A stretch of DNA of 63,899 nucleotides, the filler included, from Folioceros fuciformis (Eukaryota): NCBI GenBank assembly GCA_049999805.1. It is 8 parts of 8 records of this genome, joined end to end, with 100 filler letters (N's around TTAATTAATTAA, not from the genome) between each part and the next. Parts side by side here need not be neighbours in the genome. Positions count along the whole stretch, not along the records: positions 32,049 to 40,333 come from JBNGIO010003183.1; positions 40,434 to 50,157 come from JBNGIO010003185.1; 6 more parts are not named here. One strand, given 5' to 3'. This document shows, piece after piece, positions 35,305 through 48,609 of this stretch. Positions within the stretch are counted from its first letter, which is position 1. Every line of letters begins with the position of its first letter. Position numbers and translations under genes: made by a program. A model generated the notes under the pieces. The model saw nothing but the letters and a program-made list of their open reading frames with translations. It did not search any database and was not told the DNA's origin.

Positions 35305-37424
35305 CGATGTGCAGTGACAATGACCAGCCTCCTTTCGTTACATGGCCGATCAACAAGCGTTTTATGCAGTTTTGCCGCACAAGCTTTGTCTGGAGTACTT
35401 CACTTCAAGCCCTCAAGAAGCTTCGTGCAGAGGTTTAGGGGAAACAGAGAAAACGAGGCGATAGACTGCTGAGTGGCGTTCAGCCCTCTGCAAGCAAACC
35501 TCTCAGATTCTTTACAAAGGTAGCACACACATACAGCTAAAACGTAGGATCAACAGCGGAGGGAAGACCAGGGCCTAGTGCGGCAGCAACAGCAGCCTGT
35601 GTGGGTTGGTGTCTGCGGTGCTTCTGCTACGCCGTGGGCTGGTTCCAACCTGCCAGGCTCAGCTCCTGCCCAAATGTCAACTAACACTCTCAGTTGTCCT
35701 CCACCGTCGGGGGTAGGGGGGGAGTTGGATCTGTGACCTTGAGGCCAAGTAGTCCCCTCTGCCGTCGGGGTATGTCATCGTTCTCTCGTTTTAATCCTGG
35801 ATCGACGTAAACCAGCTCTCTCCAGTTTTGTTGATCATTGAGATGTCCATGGAAGTTAGCCGTGACCTTCGGGCGAGGGAGTATGCCATGGCCAAGGGAC
35901 TCTCTCTCACTCTCCACTGGGGTGTCTCCGCGATGCCTACTGATTTTTTATTTTATTTTCCCTTTTGTAAGCCTACTACATGGACTCTTGCACCAAAGGG
36001 CACAACAAAAACACCACATGCACATATTCACGAACAAGCAAATAGCCTCTTGGTTTGCGTGTTCCGTGTTGGGCACTTCTTCGCAAGTACATGCAATCAC
36101 TTTTATATATATTTCGTTTTTTCTAGGATTAGATCTTTACAATATACTCTTTTCTAGGAATTGCAGGCCACCCGGCTGCTGAGTGCATACGGTTTTAGGG
36201 TTTTCCTTCAACCCGTAGCCCCCAACCCGTAGCCCCCAATCCAATACCCTCCCTTGGTTGATCCTTCAGCCTTCACCATACTCAAAAGTCTATGGTTCCC
36301 AAGTCACACAATCGCCTCCTCCTTCAAGGTATTGGGTCCAAGAATTGCAAGATTTGCTACGCCCTTCCTTTATGCTCCCTCCTTCCAACCGTGCACGTGC
36401 GGTGTTTTCATTGCAAACCATCGAAATGTTGGTTATCCCTCTTCCAAGGGAGAACATAAGCTATACATGGGAACATCAACAACACTATCATGTGTAGAAT
36501 GTTCAAAAAAATGTGACAACCTACCTATTCCTAAGTCACTGTTTACAAACCCTGCAATAAAAAATGGGTTTGCTTCATGGGGGTGTTTGCCTACCACTCA
36601 GTCCATGTCTAACCTGAGCCATCAATATACCTACATCCCCTATAGCCACTAGCTGCCTATCTTGTTTGTTCATCCTTGACCTCTACGCATGTTCTAGTTC
36701 CACAGCCGCGTCGTCCATACCTACTGCTAGTGGATCCATGCTTGCCTTGAGGGTATCGATACTTGCCTTCAAGTTTTCCACCCCTACAACCAAGGCCTGA
36801 GTAGCTTTTTGCACCACAACCGCCATGGGCCTCAAGTTGTAGAACCCATTCCTCACTCTTTTTATGTTGTCGCTCCCACCTCCTATTCCTCACTATGTGC
36901 CATCGTTGTTGCTCCTACCTCTTGTTTCGATTAGCCTCCTTGGGTCCCCTATCGCAACTCATCTTATAGGCAGGTGGAGTCGAGATCACCTCCTCTCGTC
37001 CTCTTCTAAGCTGGATTGAGGACCCATGTACATGATGTCCTTCCTTTGCCTTTGTAGCCTCGGATTCATTGGAGTGCTAGTCTCACTGGTGCACCCCGCT
37101 TCCTTGTAGGACTGTGCTCCCTACTAATTCTATATAATTTACAATGTTTTTTTAAATAAATAAATAGTAAAACTTCTTTGGATATGAAGAAAAGTTGTCA
37201 CCTCATATTCCAAATCGACGCAGCCCAAAAGAGAACTTAGAGCCCTCAAATGCATACAAGAACAAGGACCAATCTGTGTGTAAGCCTCCGCTTCAATTGG
37301 AACAATCTTAAACAGTGCTAATAGACTCCGCTCTTCAAGCTTGAAAAATCTCAAGCTCCGGTACTCGAATACTTCTTCAGGAAAGCAAAGAAAGTTTCTC
37401 ATTGTTTTCCACTGGATGGTCTCA

Positions 37425-38535
37425 GCATCCCCAATGTAGGAGTCACTATTTCAATGACATTGGAGGTGCTATTGCCAATGTACAAGTCATTGTTTCGACG
37501 ACATTGGAGGCACTATCACCAACGTAGAAGTCACTATTTGGACGACATTGGACATGCTATCCCAATGTGGCCCTATCCTCGCAACGACAACATTGGAGGC
37601 ACTATCACCAATGTTGGAGTCACTGTTTGGACAACATTGGACGTGCTATCCTAATGTGGCCCTATCCTCGCAACGACGACATTAGACGTGGTATCCTAAT
37701 GCAGCCCTATCTTGGCTGCAACGACATTGGACGTGGTATCCTAATGGGGCCCTTTCCTCATAGCGATGATATTGAAGGCGGTATCCTAATGGGTCCCATC
37801 CTCGCAGCGACAACATTGGACGAGGTATCCTAATGCGGCCCTATTCTCGCAGCGACGACATTGGACGCAATATTCTAAGGGGGCCATATCCTCGCAGCGA
37901 TGACATTAGACGAGCTATCCTAATGGGGCCCTATCCTCGAGGCCACAACATTGGACGCGTTATCCTAATGCGGCCCTATCCTCACAACGACGACATTGGA
38001 CACGGTATCCTAATGCGGCCTAATCCTCGCAATGACGACATTGGACGCAGTATCCTAATGGGGCCCTATTCTCGCAGCGATGACATGAGACACGTTATCT
38101 TAATGGGGCCCTATCCTCACAGCAACGACATTAGACGTAGTATCCTAATGGGACCCTATCCTCGCAGCGACGACATTGGACGCAGTATCCTAATGGGGCC
38201 CTATCCTCGCAGCGACGACATGGGACGCAGTATCCTAAGAGGGCCCTATCCTCGCAGCGACGACATGGGACGCGGTATCCTAATGGGGCCCTATCCTTGC
38301 AAGGACGACATTGGACATGCTATCTTAATGGAGCCCTATCCTTGAAAAGGTGACATTGGACGTAGCATCCTTATGGGACCCTATCTTCGTAGTGACAACA
38401 TTGGAGGCGCTACCTAATGCGGTTCTATCCTCACAGTGACGACTTTGGAGGCACTACCTAATGCAGCTCTATCCTCGCAGCCACGACATTAGAGGTGCTA
38501 TCCTAATGGGGCCTCATTCTCGCAGCGACAACATT
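37425..38535. repeat. 45-bp minisatellite (~25 units, with a 44-bp variant at the left end)
   Basis: Consensus GACGACATTGGACGCAGTATCCTAATGGGGCCCTATCCTCGCAGC in tandem. Confidence 0.95.
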
Positions 38536-38541
38536 TTCGCG

Positions 38542-40333
38542 TGATGGATTAGTGTGAAAGTTAGAGCACGGGCATGAGAGCGTGAGAACGCAAGGGGCAA
38601 GTGAGCAAAGACAAAAGCAGTTATAATTCATTTCACAAGAAAGTGTATATATATAATTAGGTATTTAATAAAGTATATTTCTGATTATAAAACTAACCTA
38701 AACTAACATAATTTCCTTTACTCCCTCTTAGTTGAAATAATCAGGATAAGGAAAATATGAAAAATAGGCTAATGTAAACCATAACACTAAAACCAAAACA
38801 AACAACTAGCTCCCTCTTAAGCTCCAAAAGAGGGTAAGGCCTTAGTGTTGTTGTTGAGCAACACACGACTAGCACAAAACGTTGTGGCTTCATCCACTGC
38901 GCTGATCAACATACCACATTAATGTGCAGTGCCAATCTTGGCCATTGCCACAATGAGCTTAAGACCTCCTGCTGATGAATGCTTGGCATGCAAATTTCGA
39001 GGTAGAGCCTTGGTAAGCAAATCTGCAATGTTGTCACTTGTTGGAATATAATGAACTTCCAACTCGCCTGTCTCAGCAGCTTGTCTTATAAAATGATGAG
39101 TAATTTCTATATGCTTCGACCTCGCATGGAAAACTGGGTTCTTCGAGAGTGCAATAGCAGACTGGTTATCACACCATAATACTATAGCACCTGATGGTAG
39201 TTGCTGTATGCCTCTCAAGAAAGAACGTATCCAAATTACTTCTCTTGCTGCTTGTGATAAAGCTCCATATTCGGCCTCTATAGATGATAAGCAAATAGTA
39301 GCCAACTTCTTGCTTGACCAGGAAACCACAGATCCACCAAGTAAATTGCAATATGCTACAACACTCTTCCTACTATCCGGGTCTCCGGCCCAATCAAAAA
39401 ATCATCACAAAATGATGTGAGCATTAAACCAGCAGGCTGCTTCGTGTAAGTAAGTCCAAATCTAGGATAGCCCTTAAGATACCTGAAGATCCTCTTCACG
39501 GCTGTCCAATGAGCTTCCCCCGGATTTTCTAAAAATTAAGACACACTACTAACAGCTCTAGCTATATCTAAACGAGTCCATGCTGTAAGATAAATGAGGC
39601 TACCTACTGCTTGCCTATAAGGGCGAGTTGACATAACATCCTTCTCAGCTTGCGTTGAGGGGCACTGCTCCTTGGATAATTTGTCCCCTGTTGACATAGA
39701 AGTAGCAACAGGACGTGCATCTGTCATATTGAAACGCTGCAAAAGTTAATTCACAAAATGTTCCTGATGTATCTTGACAGTATGCCTATCCTCAGAGAAG
39801 TGAAACTGAACGCCAAGTGAAAAGCTGAGCTGGCCCAAGTCGAACATGTCACAGCGAGAAAGCAAAACACTCTTGATTCGGGCCATCACTGCAATAGAGG
39901 TACAAAACAAAAAGTTGTCATCAACATAAACTGTTAAAATAAGAAAATCTGCGCCGTCCCATAAGATATAAACACTGCTGTCAGCATCAAGGCATGTAAA
40001 TCCAAGCTCAATGAGTAAGGCATGGAAAGTTTCATTCCAAGCCCTACTTGATTGCTTCAAGCCATATAAAGTCTTTAGCAGCTGACAAACTTTGTTAGCA
40101 TCTTCTACAAAACCTTCCGGCTGAGACATATATATTTCTTCCTCTAAGGACCCATTTAAAAAGGCAGTCTTCACATCAAGCTGATGTACATAAAGACCAT
40201 AATGGGCAGCCAAGGAAAACAATATTCTAATTGACGTAGATTTAACAACTGGGGAAAAAGTTTCATTATAATCTAGCCCTGCAACTTGACTATAGCCTTT
40301 AGCAACTAACCTGGCCTTATAACGTCCAACACT
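38542..40333 (-). mobile_element. Copia 3' part: RT-RNase H pseudogene, PPT, short 3' LTR
   Basis: HQLDVKTAFLNG, LYGLKQS, VYVDD, HARSKHIE, ADLLTKAL; PPT AAGAGGGAGTAAAGGAAA; LTR right edge at 38708, left edge uncertain. Confidence 0.9.
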
Positions 40334-40433
40334 NNNNNNNNNNNNNNNNNNNNNNNNNNNNNNNNNNNNNNNNNNNNTTAATTAATTAANNNNNNNNNNN
40401 NNNNNNNNNNNNNNNNNNNNNNNNNNNNNNNNN

Positions 40434-40590
40434 CCTATCGACTCACCATCAATCTAGCTACTATTCTAACCTAACCTTCCAACCTCTCCTCTACAACACT
40501 CACTCACAAATCCAAAAAAAAAGGAAAATAATCCAAAAAAAAGGAAAACCTATCATTTCCCAGGGGTCTGTTCAGCATGTGGAGTCCACA
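40434..40590 (+). repeat. End of a family Z LTR-like repeat inserted in a family X repeat
   Basis: CTCACCATCAATCTAGCTACTA...TTCAGCATGTGGAGTCCACA matches the reverse complement of 47322-47455. Confidence 0.75.
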
Positions 40591-40912
40591 GTGAGTGAGT
40601 GAGTGAGTGAGTGAGGGAAGTCGCAGATCTAATAGGTCAGGGTCGTTGTAGTGACTAGAGTGAGTTTGTGGGCACCAAGAGAGGTGCAGCTGACCGCTGG
40701 AAAGTGAGGCCTGTCCTACGCCTGATCGGAGCTGGAAGGGAGCCCTCGAATCCATCATCGAGTCGATTGAGTCTGACCCTCCATCTACAGCAGCAAGGAA
40801 CTCCATCGCTCCTTCGTGGGAACGGAACCCAATGTCTCAACGACAGTGGGATAAGTGTGGCCACTAAAGGTGGAACCCGTCGGCAATCAGTGCCCGGGGT
40901 TTCGCCTCCACA
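40591..40912 (-). repeat. Family X LTR-like repeat (partial) inserted into Copia RT
   Basis: Reverse complement of the starts at 42140 and 60807; interrupts the host at GYSQNPGLHY. Confidence 0.85.
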
Positions 40913-42139
40913 GTAATGAAGTCCAGGATTCTGGCTATAGCCCTTGGCAACCGGACGTGCTTTGTACCTTCCTACTGTACCATCAATATTGAGTTTTTTC
41001 TTAAAGACCCATTTGCATTCTATAAGCTTTCTACCTTTAGGGAGATCCACTAACTTCCAAGTGTTATTTTTAAGTAGTGACTGATATTCAGATTCTATAG
41101 TAGTTTTCCAAAAAACAAACTCTGAACCTTCAATGGCTTATGTATATGTGGCTGGCTCACCTAAGGAAGATGAAACACTTAATACTGAAGTTGGCCTTGC
41201 ATCTGAAACAACAAGACCAGCTTGAAAGGGAGGTTCTATCCACTCATGCATTGGTCTTCTAAGACGAGTAGAGTGTCTAAGAGGGAATTCTTCTTCAGGA
41301 TTAGTAACATAATCTAAAACATCATTCTGTTCAGGGTCAGCAACCGGTGCCTCAAGCGTCTCAGCAACTTGTGAAGGTTCATCAACCTCATTCTGGGTAC
41401 CTGACCTATGAGCTAGGTCATCAGTGTTGCTGGGAGGAGCAGAAGTTGCCTGTACATTGGTGTTGTCCCGCTCGTAATCCAAACAAGAAGTTCCTTCAAT
41501 ATCATAAAAATTGACTTCATCTGGAAAGACTGAATCAGTATCAGAATCACCGACTCCTTGAATGGTAGCTGGTTGTGGATCAGTGTGAGACTGGAGTGTT
41601 TCCACATGAAGGCGGAGAAGAGCCTCGTTGAAAACAACACTTCGAGAAAGAGTGAGTTGACGAGTGACAGGATCAAACAGCTTGTAACCCTTCACCTCAT
41701 CATAATGGCCAACGAAAATATATTGGGTTGCTCTTGGGTCCAACTTTGTACCCTGAGATGGAGGTACAAAGGCATAAGCTGGAGCTCCAAAAATTCAAAG
41801 ATGTTGTACTCAAGGTTTCTTGCCAGTCCAACGTTCAAAAGGGGTGATCTTGCCAAGCTCCTTGGTGGGAAGATGATTCTGTACATAGTAAGCTGCCGTC
41901 AAGGCCTCAGCCCAATAACCATGTGTAAGTCCAGCAAAGGTAAGTGATGCTAAAGTAGCTTCTTGCAACGTTCTGTTTTTCCTCTCAGAAAGTGCATTTT
42001 GCTGAGGTGTGTATGGAACAATAAGCTAATGCAAATCCCTTCTTGTTTACAGAAGGAGTTGAAAGCATTGCTTGTATACTCACCACCATTATCCTTCCTC
42101 AGGATCTAAACCTTACAAGTGGTCTGGCGCTGAGCAAAT
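40913..42139 (-). mobile_element. Copia fragment: integrase C-terminus to RT N-terminus
   Basis: DNGGEY, YTPQQN, WAEA, KGYKLFDP, CKWVFKKK, YKAR. Confidence 0.9.
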
Positions 42140-43280
42140 TGTGGAAGCAAAATCCCGAGCACTGATTGCCGACTAGTTCCACCTTTAGTGCCCACACTTA
42201 TCCCACTGTCGTTGAGACATTGGGTTCCGTTCCCATAAAGGAGCGATGGGGTTCCTTGCTGCTGTGGATGGAGGGTCGGACTCAATCGATTCGATGATGG
42301 ATTCGAGGGCTCCCTTCTAGCTCCGATCACGTGTAGGACAGGCCTCGCTGTACAGCGGTCAGCTGCACCTCTCTTGATGCCCACAAACTCACTCCAGTCA
42401 CTACAACGACCCTGACCTCTTAGATCTGTGACTTCCCTCACTCACTCTCTCGCTCAAACACCAACACCAGCAACCAACAATGACACCACTGCCTTCTACA
42501 CTTCCCTACTAACTCCTCCTACCCGGCAAGAGTCACTGGACTAACCCCAAAGAAAAGAAAGAAGGGAACACACTCCCCTCTCGGATATCTCTTCCGCACA
42601 ACCTTACCAAACACCATGAAACATGGCCGGCCTACAGCACTTGTCCAAACAAGGAACAAGAGTGGATAGGTCGAGAGAAGCACACATCCTTTACAATCAA
42701 GAGCTAGGGGCAAGACCCTTCACCCTGGTCATTACACCTTGTGATCCTACCAGACACTGTACAACCGGCAACACACGGCTTGCGATCCTACCAGACGTTG
42801 CATAGCCGGCAACACACTGCAGGTCCTAATCCAAGTAAGGACAGACGACAAGACCTCATGTAGAGAGTACCTCCAAGAGCTCATGAAGTGATAGATTGAC
42901 TCCCAAAGTGAATGACTACCTCCTCCTATAGGCTCACCTGATCTTATAGGAGCCACTCTCTTATTATTTTATTATTTGATATTATATATATTTAATTAAT
43001 ATTAAACTAATCACCAGACCTAGACTCAAACTTTCCCAACCCTATGGCCCGATATCGGACCTAAACTTTCCCAGGTCTGGAACCAGACCTATACCCACTC
43101 TAATAACAAACCAACTATTTCCTAGTCAATTAACCTAATTAGTACAAAGAAAAATAGAAAAAATGACCAGAAAATAAAGAAAAATTAGGGAAAAGAAGTA
43201 GAAAAAGAAAACCAAACCATACCACTATTAACCCTTTTCCAACTTAAACAAACCACTACCCCAAAGTTTGGAGGTTCACA
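42140..43280 (+). repeat. Family X solo-LTR-like repeat, complete (1141 bp)
   Basis: TGTGGA...TTCACA termini; high identity to 60807-61379 and 40591-40912. Confidence 0.75.
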
Positions 43281-43368
43281 CTTGGGAAACGGTGCTTTGA
43301 ATCTACGCCTAGGCATCTTGAAGCTTAGATGTCAGAATGCTCCACATCCAACGCACTTGATGAAGCAA

Positions 43369-43380
43369 GCTCTGATACCA
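43369..43380 (-). promoter_or_regulatory. Primer-binding site TGGTATCAGAGC
   Basis: Exact match on the minus strand. Confidence 0.85.
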
Positions 43381-43414
43381 TAATGGGTACCCTAAACCCT
43401 AGACCCTAAACCCT

Positions 43415-44292
43415 GGTTCACCTAGGTCTTGGGCTGCTATGAGTATTTGAGCCAACATGGCATTCATATTTGCATTCGGCCGTATGTGCCCTTCCATGGC
43501 AAACAGCACTTGACTCCATTTCAAGGGAGAGCTTGTATGGTGTCTCGCTGACCTCCTAGGCATAGCAGGCTGACCAGGTTCAAGCTGTGTTGGCACATTG
43601 GTTTCAGCTTCACCCTCACTTGCATTGGCCTCAAATGTATCACCAGGATGAATGTCAACTTGTGGTGGTGGGTTGAGGCCTGGAGCTGAGGTATGGCTTG
43701 AGGCTTGTGGTGGAGTTACTTGTGGCTGACTTGCACGTGGGATGATTTGCTCAAGTTCAGAGTCACTATCGCTTTGGAGTTCAGTAACTTGAGGGTCAGA
43801 CATTACATCCTGTGGGCCCCCCTCTCTAGCACAAGCCGCAACCAACAAACTATTCTCATCAAAAATGACAACACGGGTATGAGTGACATGGCCGGACCTA
43901 GGGTCATAAACCTTATACCCTTTGATACCCTCAGTGTATCCAATAAAGGTCATAGCACGGGCTTGATAATCTAGCTTCCTCCGTTGGGTCTTTGGGATGT
44001 GCATGTACACACGGCTGCCAAAATTTTTTAGATGTGAGATGGATGGTTTACGACCAGTCCACCGCTCATATGGGGTAGCACCTATGAAGGAGGAAGTGGG
44101 AAAACGGTTTTGCAGATATGTGGCAGTTTAAACTGCATCAGCCCAAAATGGCTTGGATAAACCGGATTGATAAAGCATGGCCTTGGTTGCTTCTTGGAAG
44201 TATCTGTTCTGCACCTCTGCCAATGGATTTTGGCTGGATGTGTGTGGGGAGGTCAGCTAGCGGGCAATACCATTGCTCATACGTAGCGGAAT
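43415..44292 (-). mobile_element. Copia integrase C-terminal fragment
   Basis: SQNPLAEVQNR, FWADAV, TPYERWTGRKP, FIGYTEGIKGYKVYDP. Confidence 0.88.
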
Positions 44293-47200
44293 TGAATTAT
44301 GCGTGTAAATTACATTGAGCAATGTGCTTTTTGTTCACGGACTTGTGTACCGGCATGAACGTCGGTGTTCACGAGACTCAGAAGGACTAAAGCAGTTATG
44401 ACTGTTTATATCTTAATATCTAATATATCTAAATATGCTAATTACCCAAACGTGCCCTAAATGCCAGGGCTGCTAATAGCTGGCACTTTCATTCTCCCAC
44501 TCAGCCCTGAGCATAACCTTAACTTAGACTTGTTTGTGTCGGCGCGTTTGGCGGCATGACGGTCTCCCTTGAAATCTTTGACACTGTGACTACGCTTACT
44601 CTGGTGATTGCGTTCTTCATCATCAGGGTAACATTCCACCACGATAAATTGCTGCGTCGCCTTCGGCATCTCCGTAAGCTAGTGAGCGAGGAGGAGATCA
44701 TTCTCAAAATTGAGAGAGCTCCACTGTGAGTTGTGCCGTGTTTGGGGACTGCCAGTAAACCCAAATATCACAAGCATTCCAGGTTGTCCAGAGTTCTCTA
44801 TGCTGCTTGACAAAAGCTACCATCGACCAGCATGGCAATCTCATATTGACGTATGAGCCTTGGGAGAATCGGCTTCAAACATAGCTGGAGATAGCTCGTT
44901 CTTCATTCCAACTTGGCTACTTTGGGTTCTTGCACCCTTCCTCCACAGTAAGATCTCGTAACCCTAGCTTAGCCAAGAGCATGAAATGTCTATCCTTTGG
45001 TAGCGCTTTGGTCAGGAGATCAGCAATGTTATCTCCAGTGCTGACAAATTTCAGCTTCACTTGGTTTGTCTGTATGAGATGTCTAACGAAATGTTGTGCC
45101 ACCTCTATATGCCGCGTACGGGAGTGGAAGCGAGTGTTGCTTGCCATGGCGATTGTGGACTGGCTATCCGAGCACAACATTGTCGCTTTTGTCTGCGCCT
45201 GCCCTATGTCGGCCAGAGTAGTGCAGAAATGACCTCTTTTCCAGCATGAGAAAGGGCCCCGTATTCTGTCTCAGCTGATGATAAACATATCGTTGGAAGC
45301 AACGTGCAGCTCCAGGTAATCGTTGTCCCATTTATCGTAAACACATGCAGCGATGCTTCTTCTTTGATCTAGGTCGGCCACCAAATCAGCATCAGACCAG
45401 CCAACAAGGTCCAACTTGCCCGTTCCATTTCCCTTGTACGTCTGGCCAAGACTTCTGGTATGTAGCAAGTATCGAAAAATTCGCTTAACAGCATTCCAGT
45501 GATTTCTACCTGGATTTTGTGAATACTTAGCCACCTCTTGCGTGGCCTTGGATATGTCAGGGCGAGTCCATATATTTAAATATATCAAACACCCCATTGC
45601 CTGCTTATACGGGACATTTTGCATTTCAGATTACTCTGATTCACTTTCTGGTTCATCCTGCTTTGACAGCTTTATGCTGATGTTGAGAGGAGTGCTCAAG
45701 GGTTTAGCATCGGATAGATTGAACCTTTGAATAATCTCACTAACATACTTTGTTTGGTGCAGGGTGATGGTGCTAGACTGCCGATTTCTGTCCACCTGAA
45801 CACCCAAGCAGAATGTTAACTCACCCAGAAGGTTCATCTTAAACCTCTCAATCAAGGATGTTTTAACCATATCCATAAGGGATTTTGTTGTAGCTGCGAT
45901 AACCAAATCGTCCACGTATAAGGCAAGTAGCACCAGACCTTTACTGTTTTGCAAGACATACAAGTTTGGGTCATTGTGGCTGTGCTTGAAACCAATAGAT
46001 AATAGAAACTCATCTATGTTTTCAAACCAGGCCTTTGGGGATTGCTTCAGACCATAAAGTGTCTTCAACAGCCGACAAACCTTCTCCGGAAAATCTGGGT
46101 CCTCGAACCCTTCAGGCTAACAAATATACATTGTTTCCTTCAGGTCGCCATTCAAGAAGGCTGTGCACACATCAAGATGTTCTAAAAACATATCGAGCTC
46201 AGCCGTAAGTGCAATCATGAATCTTATAGACTGGTTTCGGACAACAGGTGCGAATAACTCTGACTCAATATAGTCAACCCCCGCAATCTGCTTGAATCCA
46301 TGCACCACAAATCTTGCCTTGTATCTAGCGATACTGCCATCTGGGCCAAGTTTTCTCTTGAATACCCACTTACCCTCTATGGGTTTTCTCCCTGGAGGAA
46401 GATCTTCAAGTGACCATGTTTTGTTTTCAATTAGGGAGTCATATTCGTCCTGAACTGCTTTACACCACTTGGTTGATTCAGGTCCCTTCATGGCTTCGGC
46501 ATATGTGTGAGGTTCAGGTAGCATATGAGGCGGGATGTCAGCCTGTGCAACCATAGCCTCATGAGAATCGTCACTTGAGTTATTTAACTCTATCAGTATT
46601 TGGCTACTGGTTCTGTTAGTTCTTAAGTCAGGTGGAGAATATGGCGGCACAAGCCAATCTTCTCGAGCAGGCCCTGCTCTTTGACTTCTTCTTAAAGGGG
46701 GTGGCGACGAAGGAGGTGACAGTATTTCCTCCTCATCAACCTCATTATTTATCGTTTGTTGAGTTTGAGCTCCCACTGTCTCTGGCATGCTTGCATCAGT
46801 TTCCGTTGAAGTTTCTGCTTGCACAGGTGTCCCTGACTGAGGTACTGACTGATGAGGTTGTATAGAACAAGTTGAGACCGGAATGTCCCACAAGTCAGTG
46901 GTTTCGGTGGTTTTTGTGGCATCAACCTGATTAGATACATCATAAGGAACATCTCCCCCTGGCTCAGCAGGGTCACCTGTGCCGTGACGAGGAATCAGGG
47001 ACAGTGCGGCTTCATGTATAATGACGCTGCGGGCATAAGAAGCCCTTCATGTTGTGGGGTTGAACAGCTTATAAGCTCGAAGGTCGTCAGCATAACCGAC
47101 CAGGAGCAATTTTTCTGAACGGGGATCCATTTTTCTGCGCTTGGCGTCTGAAATGTAAGAATGGGCAGGTGATCCAAAGATGCGCAGATGTGAAATGGAA

Positions 47201-47321
47201 GGTTTATACCCAGTCCAGACCTCGTATGGCGTCTTTCCACCAAGTTTGTTGAAGGCAACCGATTCAGAATATATGTTGCAGTATCCACAGCTTCAGCCCA
47301 GTAATCAATGGATAAACCTGC
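44293..47321 (-). mobile_element. Copia 3' two-thirds nested in the previous element
   Basis: YWAEAV, KWVFKRK, HLDVCTAFLNG, LYVDD, GWSDAD, HSRTRHIE; PPT GAGTGGGAGAA; 3' LTR 44293-44491. Confidence 0.9.
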
Positions 47322-48609
47322 TATGGACTCCACATGCTGAATAGGTGCTTGGAAAATGGTAGGATTTCTCTTTTTGGGAATCTCTAAGTGATCCTTGTGG
47401 TGAAATGGTTAAAAGATTAGGTTAGATTAGTAGCTAGATTAATGGTGAGGCGAGACGCGTCTTTGAAGGGTTGCTGGAATGATCTGAGAGAAGGGATGGA
47501 ATGATTTGAGAGAGGAGGGAGAGTGTTGAGAGGCACTGACCCTTTTGGTAGTCTTGAGAGGTTGGTCAATTTTGGTAAGGGCACCCAGTGGTGTCCATGG
47601 GACACAACCCCTATTAGGTCAGAACTAGGTTTGGGTCAAAGTTAGGGTTAGGTCAGAATTAGGGGCGGCTTAGGTCAGAAAGAGATTGCTGGGTGGTTGA
47701 CTGAGGCTAACCCTATTACATAGAGATGGAGGTTTGGGCCAAGGTAGTATAAGAGGCTAGACCTGCCATTGAGGAGGGGGCTGTCTACGGTGCGATTTCC
47801 CTGGACCTTGGGTGCAGAACTCCTGGCTTAGGGCGCTGAGCTAGTTGAGACTAAACCAAGGTCCTGATTTCCCTTGCCACTAGGGAAACGTGGAGGATCC
47901 CAAGACTGCCAAGATTCGTGTGGCCGGATCCGCAATGGCTGACCACCTTGCATGCTGGCTGAGGTGAGGTTGCACGGCCGTGAGCCAAGGAGGCTACCCA
48001 GCCCTAGGCCTCGCCTTTGCCTTGAAGGCTGCAAGAGAGAAGGCTGTTGTGTTCCAAATTGCAGGAGAGAAGGGTTGAGTTGCAGATTTTGGAAGTGGAA
48101 GTGTAGTGAGAAGTTGAGCTGAAGTAAGGGCTGGAGGGTGAAGTGAAGTGCTGAAGTGAAGGACTGAAATGCTGGGGTGAAGTGCTAAAGTGGTGGAATG
48201 AAGTGTTGAAGCTGGAGTGAGGAGCTAGCTGAAGTTGAGGTTCTCGTTCAACTGCGGAGGTAGCTAGCACTAGGTGCTAAGAGTTGGAGGCCAGACTTGG
48301 GGCTGGAGCCTCCTCTCAGCACTGAAGTGATTGGTACTTGGAGCTGGAAGCGAGGGCTGAAGACAATGCTGGAGTTCTCATTTTGTTGAGGCTGGGATTG
48401 GTGTTGCGGTAGGAGTCGAAGACAGGACCAAGAATTCTGACCTATTGCTGTAGCACTTGGTATATGCTAATAGATAGGGTGAGATTAGGGAGATGTAGGT
48501 AACCTTGACATTAGTTCACTCCCTTGGGAGCGAATCATAAGACTGCAACGATAATAAGGGGAAGTGTGGCCCCTTGATGGTTCTTGGGTGTGCAAGAAAT
48601 CACTCCACA
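47322..48609 (-). repeat. Family Z solo-LTR-like repeat (1288 bp)
   Basis: Minus strand reads TGTGGAG...GAGTCCATA; one end matches 40434-40590 and the other matches the end of family W. Confidence 0.7.

Noticed and set aside
35690-37420. Short ORFs between the PPR gene and the minisatellite
   Set aside because: No recognisable motifs or splice-consistent structure; probably decayed repeat sequence.
37425-38535. CRISPR-like array
   Set aside because: Units are wholly repeated with no unique spacers, there are no cas genes, and the context is eukaryotic.
39746-41743. Copia pieces on either side of the 40334 gap as one element
   Set aside because: Both contain the same GRYKAR..AKGYSQ segment with different sequence, so they are separate copies.
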